A stretch of DNA of 64,000 nt from Acidobacteriota bacterium (GTDB taxonomy: Bacteria > Acidobacteriota > Aminicenantia > Aminicenantales > Saccharicenantaceae), in NCBI GenBank assembly GCA_029569255.1, contig JAKQUO010000028.1:1335-65334 (forward strand). Direction: 5' to 3'. Shown piece after piece: positions 8,005 through 17,689 of the stretch. The position numbers were made by a program, and so were the translations under genes. The stretch's first letter is position 1. Each line of letters begins with the position of its first letter. The notes under the pieces are model-generated. The model saw nothing but the letters and a program-made list of their open reading frames with translations, did not search any database and was not told the origin of the DNA.

Positions 8005-9405
8005 CTAGTCCAGGTCCCAGACTTCGAGGTACTCGGGCACCTCGACCGTCCAGCGGCGCTCCCGCCGGACCCTCTCCGCGAAATCGGCGGCCACGTCCGC
8101 GTCGCCGTGGGTGACGAACAGCCGCCGGGGCGGGTTGCGGAAGCCGTCGAGCCAGCGGCCCAGGCCCCCGCGGTCGGCGTGGGCCGAGAAGCCGTTGATC
8201 TTCGTCACCCGGGCCCGGACCGGCATGGTCCGGCCGAGGAGACGGACTTCCGGCGCGCCTTCGAGGATCTGCCGGCCGAGCGTGTCCCGGGCCTGGTAGC
8301 CGACGAACAGGACGGTCGACTCCGGCCGGGCGATGTTCTGGGCCAGGTGGTGCTTGATCCGGCCGCCGGTGACCATGCCCGATCCGGCCATGATGACGGC
8401 CGGCCCGGCGGCCGTGTTGACGGCCTTCGATTCCTCGGGCGTCCGGACGATGGTCAGGCCGGGGAAGCGGAAGGGGTTCCGCCCCGAGGCGAAGAGGGCC
8501 CGGGTCTCCCCGTCGAAGTACTCGTCGTGGCGCTCGAAGGCCTCGGTCACTTCCCGGGCCATGGGGCTGTCGAGATAGACCGGCACGGGCGGGATGGCCC
8601 GGGCGTGGACGAGCTTGCTCAGGTGCCACATCAGGTCCTGGGCCCGCTCGATGGCGAAGGTCGGGATGACGACGTTGCCGCCCGCGGCGGCCGTCTCCCG
8701 GATGACCCGGCCGAGCAGGTCGCCGACCCGGCCGGGGTCCTCGTGGTCCCGGTCGCCGTAGGTCGATTCCATGACGACGTAGTCGGCGCCTCCGACGAGC
8801 GAGGGGTCGCGGACGAAGGGCATGTCCCACTGGCCGATGTCGCCCGAGAAGACGAGGGTCCGGGCCGCGCCGTTCTCCCGCACCGTCAGCTCGACCATGG
8901 CCGAGCCGAGGATGTGGCCGGCGTCGAGGAAGCGGACCGAGACGTTGTCGCCGAGCCGGAGCGGCGCGTCGTAATCGATGTCCTCGACGAGAGGCAAGGC
9001 CCGGCGGACGTCCTCGACCTTGTAGAGGGGGACGACCGGGCGCGGCGGCACGCGGCCCTCCTTCAGGTGCCGCTTCTTCTTGAAGGCCGCGTCCTCCTCC
9101 TGGATCTCGGCGGCGTCCAGGAGGGCGATCGACAGGATGTCGGCCGTCGCCGCGGTGGCCAGGATCGTGCCCGCGAAGCCGTCGCGGACGACCTTGGGGA
9201 TGAGGCCCGAGTGGTCGAGGTGGGCGTGGGTGAGAACGATGTAATCGAGCTTGTCCGGCCGGACCGGAAGCGGGTCCCAGTTCCGCCCGAGGAAGGCCCG
9301 TTCCTGATAGAGACCGCAGTCGACCAGGATCTTCAGGCCGCCCGCGTCGACGGCGTAGCACGACCCCGTCACCTGCCGCGCCGCGCCGAGGAAGGCCAGT
9401 TTCAT
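8005..9405 (-). CDS. MBL-fold metallo-hydrolase of the beta-CASP / RNA-metabolising type
   Basis: Real start MKLAFLGAARQVTGSCY at complement 9403..9405 (466 aa). The ORF in the track carries a 230-codon spurious N-terminal extension. HxHxDH motif (THAHLDHSG) and beta-CASP C-terminal region present. Confidence 0.8.
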   Translation of the reverse strand: MKLAFLGAARQVTGSCYAVDAGGLKILVDCGLYQERAFLGRNWDPLPVRPDKLDYIVLTHAHLDHSGLIPKVVRDGFAGTILATAATADILSIALLDAAEIQEEDAAFKKKRHLKEGRVPPRPVVPLYKVEDVRRALPLVEDIDYDAPLRLGDNVSVRFLDAGHILGSAMVELTVRENGAARTLVFSGDIGQWDMPFVRDPSLVGGADYVVMESTYGDRDHEDPGRVGDLLGRVIRETAAAGGNVVIPTFAIERAQDLMWHLSKLVHARAIPPVPVYLDSPMAREVTEAFERHDEYFDGETRALFASGRNPFRFPGLTIVRTPEESKAVNTAAGPAVIMAGSGMVTGGRIKHHLAQNIARPESTVLFVGYQARDTLGRQILEGAPEVRLLGRTMPVRARVTKINGFSAHADRGGLGRWLDGFRNPPRRLFVTHGDADVAADFAERVRRERRWTVEVPEYLEVWDLD

Positions 9406-9413
9406 CGGGTTCT

Positions 9414-10280
9414 TCAGTAGGGGTGGGCGCGGTAGTATTCGGCTTGGGCGGCCACGAAGACGGTCCTCATCCAGGCCCGGAACAGGACGTAGGCCTGCAT
9501 CCAGGCCAGCCCGGCCGCGACCCCGGCGACGCCCGGCGCGGCGAAGCGGCCCAGGACGACGTAGAAGACCGCCGTGCCGGCGACGGTCAGGAGGGCGAGG
9601 AGGAGATAGACGGCCCAGGCCCGGAAGAAGCGCTTCCCCAGGAACTTGAGGGCGTGGCGGAGGGCCCGGAGGACCTTGGCTTCGGCGTCGGCGACGACGG
9701 CGATCCGGGCGTAGTCGACGATCATGCGGACGGCGCTGAGGAGGAGCAGGGCGATGAGGAAATGGAGGTTCGACAGGATGAGCCGCGGCCACTCGGTCAC
9801 GGCGCTCTCCGTCGCGGGCCGGATCAGGGCCGAGAGCAGGTTGAGGACGGCCGCGAAGGCGAGGACGTGGAAGACGAGCGAGACGAGGAAGATGCGGACG
9901 AAGCGCCAGAAATAGCGGCCGCAGTCGGCGAAGAAAGGCTCGAGCGTCGTCCGGCCCTCCCGGTCGAGGAGACGGCCGACGACGCCGCCGTTCAGGAACA
10001 GGGAGAGGGCGAAATAGAGCAGGGCCGCGGCCAGCGCCTGGCCGATCACGGCCGGCGCCGCGTCGCCGTACTTGAGCGCGGCCTCCCCGAGCCACATGAC
10101 GTCCACGGGCCGGACGTTCGAACCGAGGAAAGAATGGCCGAGCTCGCTCTGGACGACGGCGAAGAACGGGAGCAGGACCGCGGCCGCGAAACCGAGGTTG
10201 AAGACGTAGAGGATGACCGCGAGCCGGGGCTTGCGGACCGCCGAGCCCAGGCCCTTGACGACGGCTTGGAGAACGCTCAC
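9414..10280 (-). CDS. Hypothetical polytopic membrane protein
   Basis: 288 aa with several hydrophobic helices and coding-like composition, unlike the surrounding GC artefacts. No family recognised. Confidence 0.55.
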   Translation of the reverse strand: MSVLQAVVKGLGSAVRKPRLAVILYVFNLGFAAAVLLPFFAVVQSELGHSFLGSNVRPVDVMWLGEAALKYGDAAPAVIGQALAAALLYFALSLFLNGGVVGRLLDREGRTTLEPFFADCGRYFWRFVRIFLVSLVFHVLAFAAVLNLLSALIRPATESAVTEWPRLILSNLHFLIALLLLSAVRMIVDYARIAVVADAEAKVLRALRHALKFLGKRFFRAWAVYLLLALLTVAGTAVFYVVLGRFAAPGVAGVAAGLAWMQAYVLFRAWMRTVFVAAQAEYYRAHPY

Positions 10281-10290
10281 GGGACCCTCC

Positions 10291-12429
10291 TCAGCTCCAC
10301 GACCCGACGAAATGCAGGAGGCACTGGACGGTGAAGAGGGCCTGGCTCATCAGCTTGACGACGCTGCGCCTGAGGCCGTCGACGCCGCGGCTGTTGTTGG
10401 CCAGGTTGGCGTCGATGAGCCAGACGCCCTCGGGATCGACCTGGGCGCTCTCGGCCTTGACCGGCTTGAGGAACTCCAGCCGGGCCCAGCGGGCCTGCCC
10501 GTCCCAGGTCCGGGTCTCCGTCGACCCGTCCTCGAAGCGGGCCAGGACCCGGACCGAGGCGTCGCCGCCGAGCCTGGCCTCGCCGTAGCGCCTCAGCACC
10601 ACCGTCGTGAGATAGGCGTCCTTCCCGGCCTCGCCCCCGGGCGCCTTGGCCCGGGCGGCCTCGAACTCCGCGGCCTTCTTCCGGGTCCATTCCTCCCTCG
10701 AGCCGTCCAGGTCGTAGACGCCGCGGCGCCGGGCCGGGACCTTGACCGAGGATACGGAGGCGACGCCGTAATCGAAGGTCTCCGTGCCTTCGAAGAACGT
10801 GTCGAAGAACCAGGTCATGTCCCGGCCGGAAACCTCGTTGACGACGCCGATGAAATCGTCCTTGGTCGGATGCCGGAACCGGAAGCGCGTGTGGTAGGTC
10901 CGCATGATGCGCGGCCAGGCCGGCTCCCCGAGATAGGCCTCCAGGGTGCGGAGCAGCGTCGCGGCCCGCATGTAGACGTTGGCCGCGTAGCTCACCTGGT
11001 CGTAGAACTTCCAGGACCAGGCCGTGACCGGGTCGTAGCGCACCACGTTGATGGCCGCCGCCCGGTCCGTCTCGAAGTCGAAGACCCGGGGCAGGCGCAG
11101 GAACCAGTCCAGCGGGAAGCCCTTGAACCTCAGGGGCAGGGCCCCGGCGCCGTAGGCCCGGGCCAGGACCTGGCCCGTCGAGTAGGTGTTGAAGCCCTCG
11201 TCGAGCCAGGCCGCCTCGAACTCGTTCGTGGCGACCAGGCCGTACCAGTAGCCGTGGCCGAACTCGTGGACGATGACGCCCTCCGGAGAAAGGGCCTTCC
11301 GGCTCGCCAGGACGCTCGTGCCGGCGGTGAAGAGGGTCGGGTATTCCATCCCCCCGCTCCCCGTCCGGTAGGGGGGATCGACCATGGTCACGGTCTCGTA
11401 GGGATAGGGGCCGTACCAGAGGCCGTAGTATTTGATGGCCGCCCGCAGGGCCTTGAAATGGCGGTCGATCTGGCTCTTGTGCTCCGGGGCGATGAGCAGG
11501 ATCATCTTGACGTTGGGCAGCCGGACCTCCTCGAGCGGCAGGCCGAGAAGCTCGGCCGTCTCCCGGTATTCCTGGGCGGTCACCTCCCGGTCGGCGATGA
11601 AGTCCCGCTCGATCAAGAGATACCGCGGATCGGCCGTCCAGGCGAAGTCGTGGACCATGGCCTGGCTGAAGGTCAGGGTCTTCCGGCCTGTCGATCCGTC
11701 GGCCTGGGCCCCGGTCCGCTTGCCCGTAGCGCCGACGACGAAGCCCTCAGGAACGGTGATGTGGACGACGAAGTCGGCGAAATCGGCGAAGAACTCGGAG
11801 TTCATGTGGTAGGCGTGGCAGTTCCAGCCCCGGCCTTCCTCGTAGACGCCGGGCTTGGGGAACCACTGGCCGATGAAAAAGGAGTTCTTGTAATAGCCGG
11901 ACCGGGCCACGGTCCGGGGGACCTTGCTCCGGAACTCGAGCCGGAGGTGGACGCTCTCCCCGGGCTGGACCGGCGTCGGGAGGAGGATGCGGGCGACGGT
12001 CTGGTCGCCGGCCGTCTCGGGGCCGTCGGGGAGGACGAATTGGAGGCCGGGCTTGAGGTCGGAGCCGTCGGCGAGGCGGATATCGGTGAGGTCGATCCAG
12101 CCCCATTCGCCGTCGCCGGGGGCGGCGCCCGCGCGGAACATCGTCTCGGCCAGCGATTCCCGCATGAAGGCGCTGTCCTCGTTCTTGAAGGCGTTCCAAT
12201 AGAGGTGAAGGAGCATGTCGGGGACGACGTCCCGGGTGGGGTTGGTCCAGACGATCTCCTCCTTGCCGTGGAGCATCTTGCCGGCCGCGTCGAGCTCGAC
12301 CCAGATCTCGTAGCGCAGGCCGGGCCCGCCCGGGGTCGCGAGGGGCTCTTGGGCCGCCAGGAAAGGCGCCGCGGCCAGGAGGACGAGCGAGGCGCCGACG
12401 ACCGCGCGGGCGCATTTGCGGATGTTCAT
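10291..12429 (-). CDS. Secreted M1-family zinc metallopeptidase (aminopeptidase N-like)
   Basis: HEFGHGYW (HExxH) zinc motif. Signal peptide MNIRKCARAVVGASLVLLAAAPFLAAQ. Preferred start is the second ATG (12429), preceded by GGGGGAG. Confidence 0.85.
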   Translation of the reverse strand: MNIRKCARAVVGASLVLLAAAPFLAAQEPLATPGGPGLRYEIWVELDAAGKMLHGKEEIVWTNPTRDVVPDMLLHLYWNAFKNEDSAFMRESLAETMFRAGAAPGDGEWGWIDLTDIRLADGSDLKPGLQFVLPDGPETAGDQTVARILLPTPVQPGESVHLRLEFRSKVPRTVARSGYYKNSFFIGQWFPKPGVYEEGRGWNCHAYHMNSEFFADFADFVVHITVPEGFVVGATGKRTGAQADGSTGRKTLTFSQAMVHDFAWTADPRYLLIERDFIADREVTAQEYRETAELLGLPLEEVRLPNVKMILLIAPEHKSQIDRHFKALRAAIKYYGLWYGPYPYETVTMVDPPYRTGSGGMEYPTLFTAGTSVLASRKALSPEGVIVHEFGHGYWYGLVATNEFEAAWLDEGFNTYSTGQVLARAYGAGALPLRFKGFPLDWFLRLPRVFDFETDRAAAINVVRYDPVTAWSWKFYDQVSYAANVYMRAATLLRTLEAYLGEPAWPRIMRTYHTRFRFRHPTKDDFIGVVNEVSGRDMTWFFDTFFEGTETFDYGVASVSSVKVPARRRGVYDLDGSREEWTRKKAAEFEAARAKAPGGEAGKDAYLTTVVLRRYGEARLGGDASVRVLARFEDGSTETRTWDGQARWARLEFLKPVKAESAQVDPEGVWLIDANLANNSRGVDGLRRSVVKLMSQALFTVQCLLHFVGSWS

Positions 12430-12454
12430 GGCTCCCCCTTTCGGGCCCATGGGT

Positions 12455-12907
12455 TCAGCCCTTCAGCCATTCTTCCCAGGCGACGCGCCGGGGAAAGTGG
12501 ATGAAGACGAGGACGAGAGAGACGGCCAGGAGCCGGTAGAAATCCGCGGCGCCTCCGCCGATGAGGAAGAGGACGAGGCCGAGCAGGGCCGGGACCTCGC
12601 CGAGGACCACGGTCAGGAACGAGGCCCTCTGGAGCCGCAGGAGGGCCGTCGCGGCGTCCTCCCCCGCCCGGCGGTTGAAGAGGCGCGGCCGGAGGAGGAG
12701 GATGAGGAGGACCGCGGCGGCGCCGGCGCCGTAGAACGCGTAGCGGAGGGGCTGCGTGTCGCCGACCGAGGCGAAGCCGCGGAAGGGCTCGAGGGTCGCC
12801 TTCAGGGCCTCGACCGTGGCCAGGTACAAGAACAGGCTGGCCAGAGCCGCCGCGGCAACCCACGTCGCCGGCCTGAGGGCGCGCCCGATCTCGTCCAGAG
12901 GGTTCAT
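12455..12907 (-). CDS. Small hypothetical membrane protein (3-4 TM helices)
   Basis: 150 aa, hydrophobic. Co-directional with the M1 peptidase and immediately upstream of it. Confidence 0.5.
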   Translation of the reverse strand: MNPLDEIGRALRPATWVAAAALASLFLYLATVEALKATLEPFRGFASVGDTQPLRYAFYGAGAAAVLLILLLRPRLFNRRAGEDAATALLRLQRASFLTVVLGEVPALLGLVLFLIGGGAADFYRLLAVSLVLVFIHFPRRVAWEEWLKG

Positions 12908-13014
12908 GTCGGCCTCCCCGAACGGCCCCCGCGAGGCGGCCGCTCCCCGCGATTATATGAGATATCGGGGCTTCATGGGAAGGGCCCTCGATATCCGCCG
13001 GGCGGCGGCCGGGC

Positions 13015-14181
13015 TCAATCGACGTAGAGCAGGAAGCCCTTGAGGTAGGCCGTCTCGGGATGGCAGATATTGACCGGGTGATCGAAGGCCTGGCGGTGCT
13101 TCTGGAGGATCCGGACCCGCCTTCCCGCTTCGCGGGCCGCCTGGAAGACGACCTGCTGGAAGAGGGTCTCGTCGACGAAATGGGAGCAGGAGAAGGTCAG
13201 GACCAGGCCGGGGGTCCGGATCCGCTGGAAGGCCAGGCGGTTGATGTCCTTGTAGCCCCGGCAGGCGGCCACGACGTCGGCCCGCTTCTTGGCGAAGGCC
13301 GGCGGATCGAGGATGATGTAGTCGTGGTCGAGGCCCGGCTCGCGGAGGAACTCGAAGACGTCGGCCGTGAAGAACAGGCCGGCGTCCGAAGGGAGGCCGT
13401 TGAGCTCGAAGTTCTCCCGGGCCAGGGCCAGGGCCTCCTCCGACGAATCGACCGAATCGGCCCGGACGGCGCCGCCGAGAAGGGCCGAGACCGAGAACGA
13501 TCCCGTGTAGGAAAAAGCGTTCAGGACCCGGCGCCCCGCCGCGGTCTCGCGGACGAGCCGCCGGGACCCGCGCTGGTCCAGGTAGAAGCCCGTTTTCTGG
13601 CCATGGGCCAGGCCCGCCCAGAACGGCACGCCGTCCTCCAGGATGCGGACCCGGTCGACGGGCTGGCCGAAGAGGACGGCCTCGAACGGCTCCAGGCCTT
13701 CTTCCCGCCGGGCCGGGAGGTCGGACCTCTCGAGGATGGCGCGGGGTTCCAGGGCCGCTTGCAGGGCCTCGAGGACGAGCGGCTTGAGCTTCTCCATGCC
13801 CAGGGTCGCGATCTGGAGGACGAGGACGTCGTCGTAGAGGTCGGCGACGAGCCCGGGCAGCCCGTCGCCCTCGGCGTTGACCAGCCGGACGGCGCTGGTC
13901 GAGGCGGGGTCGAAGAAGGCCTTCCGAAGGGCCAAGGCCCGCCCGAGGCTGGCCCGGACCGCCGCGTCCGGAGGCTCCGTCCCGAAGGCGATCATCCGTC
14001 CGGCGATGGCGCTCTTGCGGTTGAAATAGGCGTGACCGAGAAGCTCGCCTCCGGCGCTGCGGACCGCGAGGACCTCCCCGTCCTCGAAATCGGGCAGGTC
14101 GCGGACCGCGCCCGAGAAGATCCAGTGATGACGGTTCTTGACCGCCTTGTCGCGGCCGGGCTTGAGGACGGCGGCGTTCAC
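13015..14181 (-). CDS. rlmI: 23S rRNA (cytosine1962-C5)-methyltransferase RlmI
   Basis: N-terminus VNAAVLKPGRDKAVKNRHHWIFSGAV matches the E. coli RlmI N-terminus ([24 protein letters not shown]). GTG start preceded by GGAGGGG. PUA plus class I SAM-methyltransferase body. The upstream portion of the track ORF is artefact. Confidence 0.75.
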   Translation of the reverse strand: MNAAVLKPGRDKAVKNRHHWIFSGAVRDLPDFEDGEVLAVRSAGGELLGHAYFNRKSAIAGRMIAFGTEPPDAAVRASLGRALALRKAFFDPASTSAVRLVNAEGDGLPGLVADLYDDVLVLQIATLGMEKLKPLVLEALQAALEPRAILERSDLPARREEGLEPFEAVLFGQPVDRVRILEDGVPFWAGLAHGQKTGFYLDQRGSRRLVRETAAGRRVLNAFSYTGSFSVSALLGGAVRADSVDSSEEALALARENFELNGLPSDAGLFFTADVFEFLREPGLDHDYIILDPPAFAKKRADVVAACRGYKDINRLAFQRIRTPGLVLTFSCSHFVDETLFQQVVFQAAREAGRRVRILQKHRQAFDHPVNICHPETAYLKGFLLYVD

Positions 14182-14615
14182 CCGCCCCTCCCCGGCCTCT
14201 CTCGTTCCTCGGCGGCCAGGCGGGCCAGCATCCGGACGACCGGGCGGTCCGGCTTGGAGAAAAGGGATTCGTCCATCTCGGCCGGGGCCAGCCAGCGGAC
14301 CTCGTCGTGGTCGGTCGGACGGAGGTCGCCCCCGAGAAGCTCGGCCCGATGGACGATGAGCTCGAAGCTCGCGTGCGCCCCGGCGAAGGGGACCGAGCAA
14401 AGGAACTCTCCGACCCGGGCCCGGACCCCCAGCTCCTCCTCGAGCTCGCGCCGCAGCCCTTTTTCCGGCGCCTCCCCGTCCTCGAGCTTGCCGCCCGGGA
14501 ACTCCCAGAGGCCCTCGGCCACGAGCCCCGCCTTCCGCCTGGCGCACAGGACCTTGCCGTCCCGCTCGATGACCGCCGCCGTCACCTTCCTTGTCTTGCT
14601 CTCTTCGGCTTCCAT
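14178..14615 (-). CDS. NUDIX hydrolase (MutT-like)
   Basis: Nudix box GLWEFPGGKLEDGEAPEKGLRRELEEELG. Start MEAEESK (M17 of the track ORF). Its stop overlaps the rlmI start. Confidence 0.7.
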   Translation of the reverse strand: MEAEESKTRKVTAAVIERDGKVLCARRKAGLVAEGLWEFPGGKLEDGEAPEKGLRRELEEELGVRARVGEFLCSVPFAGAHASFELIVHRAELLGGDLRPTDHDEVRWLAPAEMDESLFSKPDRPVVRMLARLAAEERERPGRGG

Positions 14616-14735
14616 GTCTCGCCGTTTCCGCCCCATCTTATTCCAGCCCCGCCCCGTTGACAAGCGCGCCGTCCCGTCCGGCGCGCCGCCAGCCTGAATG
14701 ACTCATGTCGGTTGCCGGGTGCTCGAGGCGCGTGC

Positions 14736-14766
14736 CGGGACATGTGCCGCCCCGGCACGTGTCCCG
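14736..14766. promoter_or_regulatory. 14-3-14 inverted repeat CGGGACATGTGCCG ccc CGGCACGTGTCCCG (1 mismatch); candidate operator in a divergent promoter region
   Basis: Between the NUDIX gene (-) and glgA (+). The 3-nt spacer is too short for a stable RNA loop, so a dimeric DNA-binding site is the likelier reading. Confidence 0.35.
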
Positions 14767-14770
14767 CAGG

Positions 14771-14829
14771 CCTGAATTCGGGCGTTCTCACCCTCCGGGC
14801 GAACCGATCCGGCCCCATCCGCTTCGGGG
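14771..14829. repeat. Dispersed intergenic repeat, truncated copy B
   Basis: cctgaattcgggcgttctcaccctccgggcgaaccgatccggccccatccgcttcgggg matches the first ~76 nt of copy A and the reverse complement of the 3' part of copy C. Confidence 0.6.
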
Positions 14830-14842
14830 ACGGCGGTGATTG

Positions 14843-14851
14843 TGCTAGAAT
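14843..14851 (+). promoter_or_regulatory. Extended -10 promoter TGcTAGAAT, 9 nt before the glgA ATG (leaderless-type)
   Basis: gattgTGcTAGAATgacgggaccATG. The gattgtgcTA context recurs upstream of the M20 peptidase (30671) and the M16 operon (44822). Confidence 0.45.
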
Positions 14852-14860
14852 GACGGGACC

Positions 14861-16306
14861 ATGAAAGTCGCATTCCTCGCCTCCGAAGTCAACCCTTACG
14901 CCAAAACGGGCGGGCTGGCCGATGTGGCCGGGTCCCTGCCCAAATTCCTCGTCCGCCAGGGGGCCGAAGTCCGGACCTTCATGCCCCTCTACCGGGAGGT
15001 CCGGAAGAAGAGCCTGCCGCTCGAGCCGGTCCTCGACAAGGCCAAACTGACCATGGGGGGCCGGTCCATCCCCTACGCCGTCTTCGCCCACCGGGCCGAG
15101 GGCGTCACGACGTTCTTCGTCGACCACCCCGGCTATTTCGACCGGGACGCCCTCTACGGCACGCCGGCCGGCGATTACCCCGACAACGCCGAGCGCTTCG
15201 GCTTCTTCTCCCGGGCCGCCCTGGAGACGATGCGGGCCGTCGGCTTCCGGCCGGCGATTGTCCACGCCCACGACTGGCAGGCGGCGGCCGCCGTCGCCTA
15301 CCTCAGGTTCGTCCATGCCGGCGACCCCTTCTTCTCCGGCGCCCGCTCGGTCTTCACCATCCACAATCTGGCCTACCAGGGGCTGTTCGGGAAGGAGGTC
15401 CTGCCGGCGATCGGGCTCCCCGAGTCCCTCTTCAACATGAACGACCTCGAATTCTTCGGCCAGGTCAACACCCTCAAGGCCGGCATCCTCTACTCGACGG
15501 CGGTCACCACCGTCAGCCCGCGCTACAGCCGGGAGATCCAGACGCCCGAGTTCGGCTGCGGCCTGGACGGGCTGCTGCGGAGCCGGGCCGGCGTCCTCCA
15601 CGGCATCCTCAACGGCGTCGACTACCAGGACTGGGACCCGGCCACGGACCCCCTCATCCCGCGCAACTACGCCCCCGGCGACCTGGCCGGCAAGAAGGCC
15701 TGCCGCGAAGAGCTCGCCCGCCTCTTCGGCCTGGCTCTCCAGCCCGGCCGTCCGCTGGCCGGCATGGTGACGCGCCTGGCCGGGCAGAAGGGCCTCGACA
15801 TCGTCTGCGAGGCCCTCGAAGCGCTCCTCGGCCAGGGCCTGTCGCTCGTCATCCTGGGCACGGGCGACCGGAAGATCCAGGACTTCCTCGCCGCCGCCCA
15901 GAAAAAGCACGCCGCCCAGTTCGGGCTGAAGATCGCCTTCGACGAGAAGATCGCCCGCACGATCTACGCCGGGAGCGACATCTTCCTCATCCCCTCGCGC
16001 TACGAGCCCTGCGGCCTGACCCAGATGTACGCGATGAGGTACGGGACGGTCCCCGTCGTCCGGGCCACCGGCGGCCTCGACGACAGCGTCGAGGAGTTCG
16101 ACGCCGCGGCGGCGGCGGGCAACGGCTTCAAGTTCGCCGAGGCCGCTCCCGGGCCCCTGCTCGAGGCCTCGGCCCGGGCCGTCGCGGCCTTCGGCCGCCC
16201 GGCCGACTGGAGCGCGCTCGTCCGCAACGCCATGTCCGCGGACTTCTCCTGGGGCCGCTCGGCCGAGACCTACCTCGGCCTCTACGAGATGATCGCCGCT
16301 TCTTGA
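14861..16306 (+). CDS. glgA: Glycogen synthase (ADP-glucose type, GT5)
   Basis: MKVAFLASEVNPYAKTGGLADVAGSLP (KTGGL motif). 481 aa. Confidence 0.9.
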   Translation: MKVAFLASEVNPYAKTGGLADVAGSLPKFLVRQGAEVRTFMPLYREVRKKSLPLEPVLDKAKLTMGGRSIPYAVFAHRAEGVTTFFVDHPGYFDRDALYGTPAGDYPDNAERFGFFSRAALETMRAVGFRPAIVHAHDWQAAAAVAYLRFVHAGDPFFSGARSVFTIHNLAYQGLFGKEVLPAIGLPESLFNMNDLEFFGQVNTLKAGILYSTAVTTVSPRYSREIQTPEFGCGLDGLLRSRAGVLHGILNGVDYQDWDPATDPLIPRNYAPGDLAGKKACREELARLFGLALQPGRPLAGMVTRLAGQKGLDIVCEALEALLGQGLSLVILGTGDRKIQDFLAAAQKKHAAQFGLKIAFDEKIARTIYAGSDIFLIPSRYEPCGLTQMYAMRYGTVPVVRATGGLDDSVEEFDAAAAAGNGFKFAEAAPGPLLEASARAVAAFGRPADWSALVRNAMSADFSWGRSAETYLGLYEMIAAS

Positions 16307-16307
16307 C

Positions 16308-17336
16308 CTAAGGCTGCTTCAGGAACTGGGCCGCGGTCTCCGGCGGGACCGGATTGATGTAGAACCCCGTCCCCCATTCGAACCCGGCCATCTTCGTCAG
16401 GACGGGGATGATCTCCACGTGCCAGTGCGACTTCAGGTGGATGTCCGGCCAGCTCTTGAGCGAGAGGGCCGGGTTGGGGGCCTGGTGGAGGACCATGTTG
16501 AAGGGCGGGTCGCCGACCGTTTCCTTGAGCCGGGTCAGGACGGCCTTCAGGATTCCGGCCAGGGCCAGGAGCTCGTCCTCGCCGGCGTCGGTGAAGAAGG
16601 CCGAGTGCCGCCGCGGGAAGACGGCCATCTCGAACGGCGAGCGCGAAGCGTAGGGCGCGATGGCCGTGAAATGGGCGTTGCGGGCCACCAGCCTCTTCCC
16701 CGCCGCCTCCTCCTCCCGCAGGACGCGGCAGAAGACGCACTCCTTGAAGGTCCGGAACATCCGGTCGGCGCCGTAGATTTCCTCCTTGATGCGCTTGGGG
16801 ACGATCGGCGTCGCCACCAGCTGCGAGTGCGGGTGGCTCAGCGAGGCCCCGGCCTCCCTGCCCTTGTTCTTGAAGATCTGGACGTACTGGTAATGGAGGT
16901 CGCGTTCGATGGCCCGGATCCGGAGCTGGAAGACCCTGAACACGTCGCGGATATGGGCGACGGCGAGGTCCCCGAGCTCGAGGGCGTGGTCCGGGTTCTC
17001 GATGACGACCTCGTGGACGCCGCGGCCCTCCATCGACTGGAAGGCGCCCTCCGTGGCCCGGGGCGGCGGCGGACCGGGGGTCAGGGCCGGGAACTTGTTG
17101 GGCACGACCCGGACCGTCCAGCCCGGCGTGTCGGGGCCCGTCCCCGCTTTCCGCAGGGCGAAGACCTCGGGCGGCGTCTTCGCCTCGTTGCCTTCGCAGA
17201 ACGGACAGAACCCGGGCGCCTCCGGGGGCGGGGCCGCGCCTCCGGCCGGCCGGAAGTCGTCGGGGCGCTTGCTGCGTTCGGTGGCGATGATGACCCATCG
17301 CCCGCTGACCAGGTCTTTTCTCAGCTCCGACATCAT
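16308..17336 (-). CDS. Galactose-1-phosphate uridylyltransferase-family (GalT/HIT-like) nucleotidyltransferase
   Basis: CPFCEGNE zinc knuckle and HPHSQ active-site motif. The ATGATG start overlaps the stop of the receiver gene. Its position in a glycogen operon makes an NDP-glucose phosphorylase/uridylyltransferase role plausible. Confidence 0.75.
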   Translation of the reverse strand: MMSELRKDLVSGRWVIIATERSKRPDDFRPAGGAAPPPEAPGFCPFCEGNEAKTPPEVFALRKAGTGPDTPGWTVRVVPNKFPALTPGPPPPRATEGAFQSMEGRGVHEVVIENPDHALELGDLAVAHIRDVFRVFQLRIRAIERDLHYQYVQIFKNKGREAGASLSHPHSQLVATPIVPKRIKEEIYGADRMFRTFKECVFCRVLREEEAAGKRLVARNAHFTAIAPYASRSPFEMAVFPRRHSAFFTDAGEDELLALAGILKAVLTRLKETVGDPPFNMVLHQAPNPALSLKSWPDIHLKSHWHVEIIPVLTKMAGFEWGTGFYINPVPPETAAQFLKQP

Positions 17337-17689
17337 TCCCCCAGCAGCTGCTTGATCCGGGCCTTGAGCTCTTCGAGCGAGGCGGACTTGACGACGTAGG
17401 CGTCGGCCGCCCAGGTCATGAAGTCCTCCTTGTAGCTCTGGTAGGCCGAGTTGATGATGATGGGGATGTCCTTGCGCAGGCCCATGATCTCGGTGATGAG
17501 CTCGATGCCGTTCTTGCCCGGCATGCGGATGTCGGTGACGATGAGGTCGAAGGACCCCTCCCGGAGGGCGGCCAGGGCCGCCTCCGCGTCCGTCACCGCC
17601 GTGATCTCGTAGCCCTCTCCCCGGAGCTCCTCCTCGTAGAGCAGGCAGAGGGGCTTCTCGTCCTCGACGAGCAGGATCCTTTTTGTCAT
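17333..17689 (-). CDS. Single-domain response regulator (CheY-like receiver)
   Basis: MTKRILLVEDEKPLCLLYEEELRGEGYEITAVTDAEAALAALREGSFDLIVTDIRMPGKNG (D..D...K receiver signature). 118 aa. The upstream part of the track ORF is artefact. Confidence 0.85.
   Translation of the reverse strand: MTKRILLVEDEKPLCLLYEEELRGEGYEITAVTDAEAALAALREGSFDLIVTDIRMPGKNGIELITEIMGLRKDIPIIINSAYQSYKEDFMTWAADAYVVKSASLEELKARIKQLLGE

Noticed and set aside
5543-9361. 1272-aa ORF on the minus strand
   Set aside because: It is antisense to four real plus-strand genes. The composition is Arg/Gly/Pro/Asp-rich and low-complexity, as expected for a stop-free frame in 70% GC DNA. Only its far 3' portion (8005..9405) in a different register corresponds to the real MBL-fold gene.
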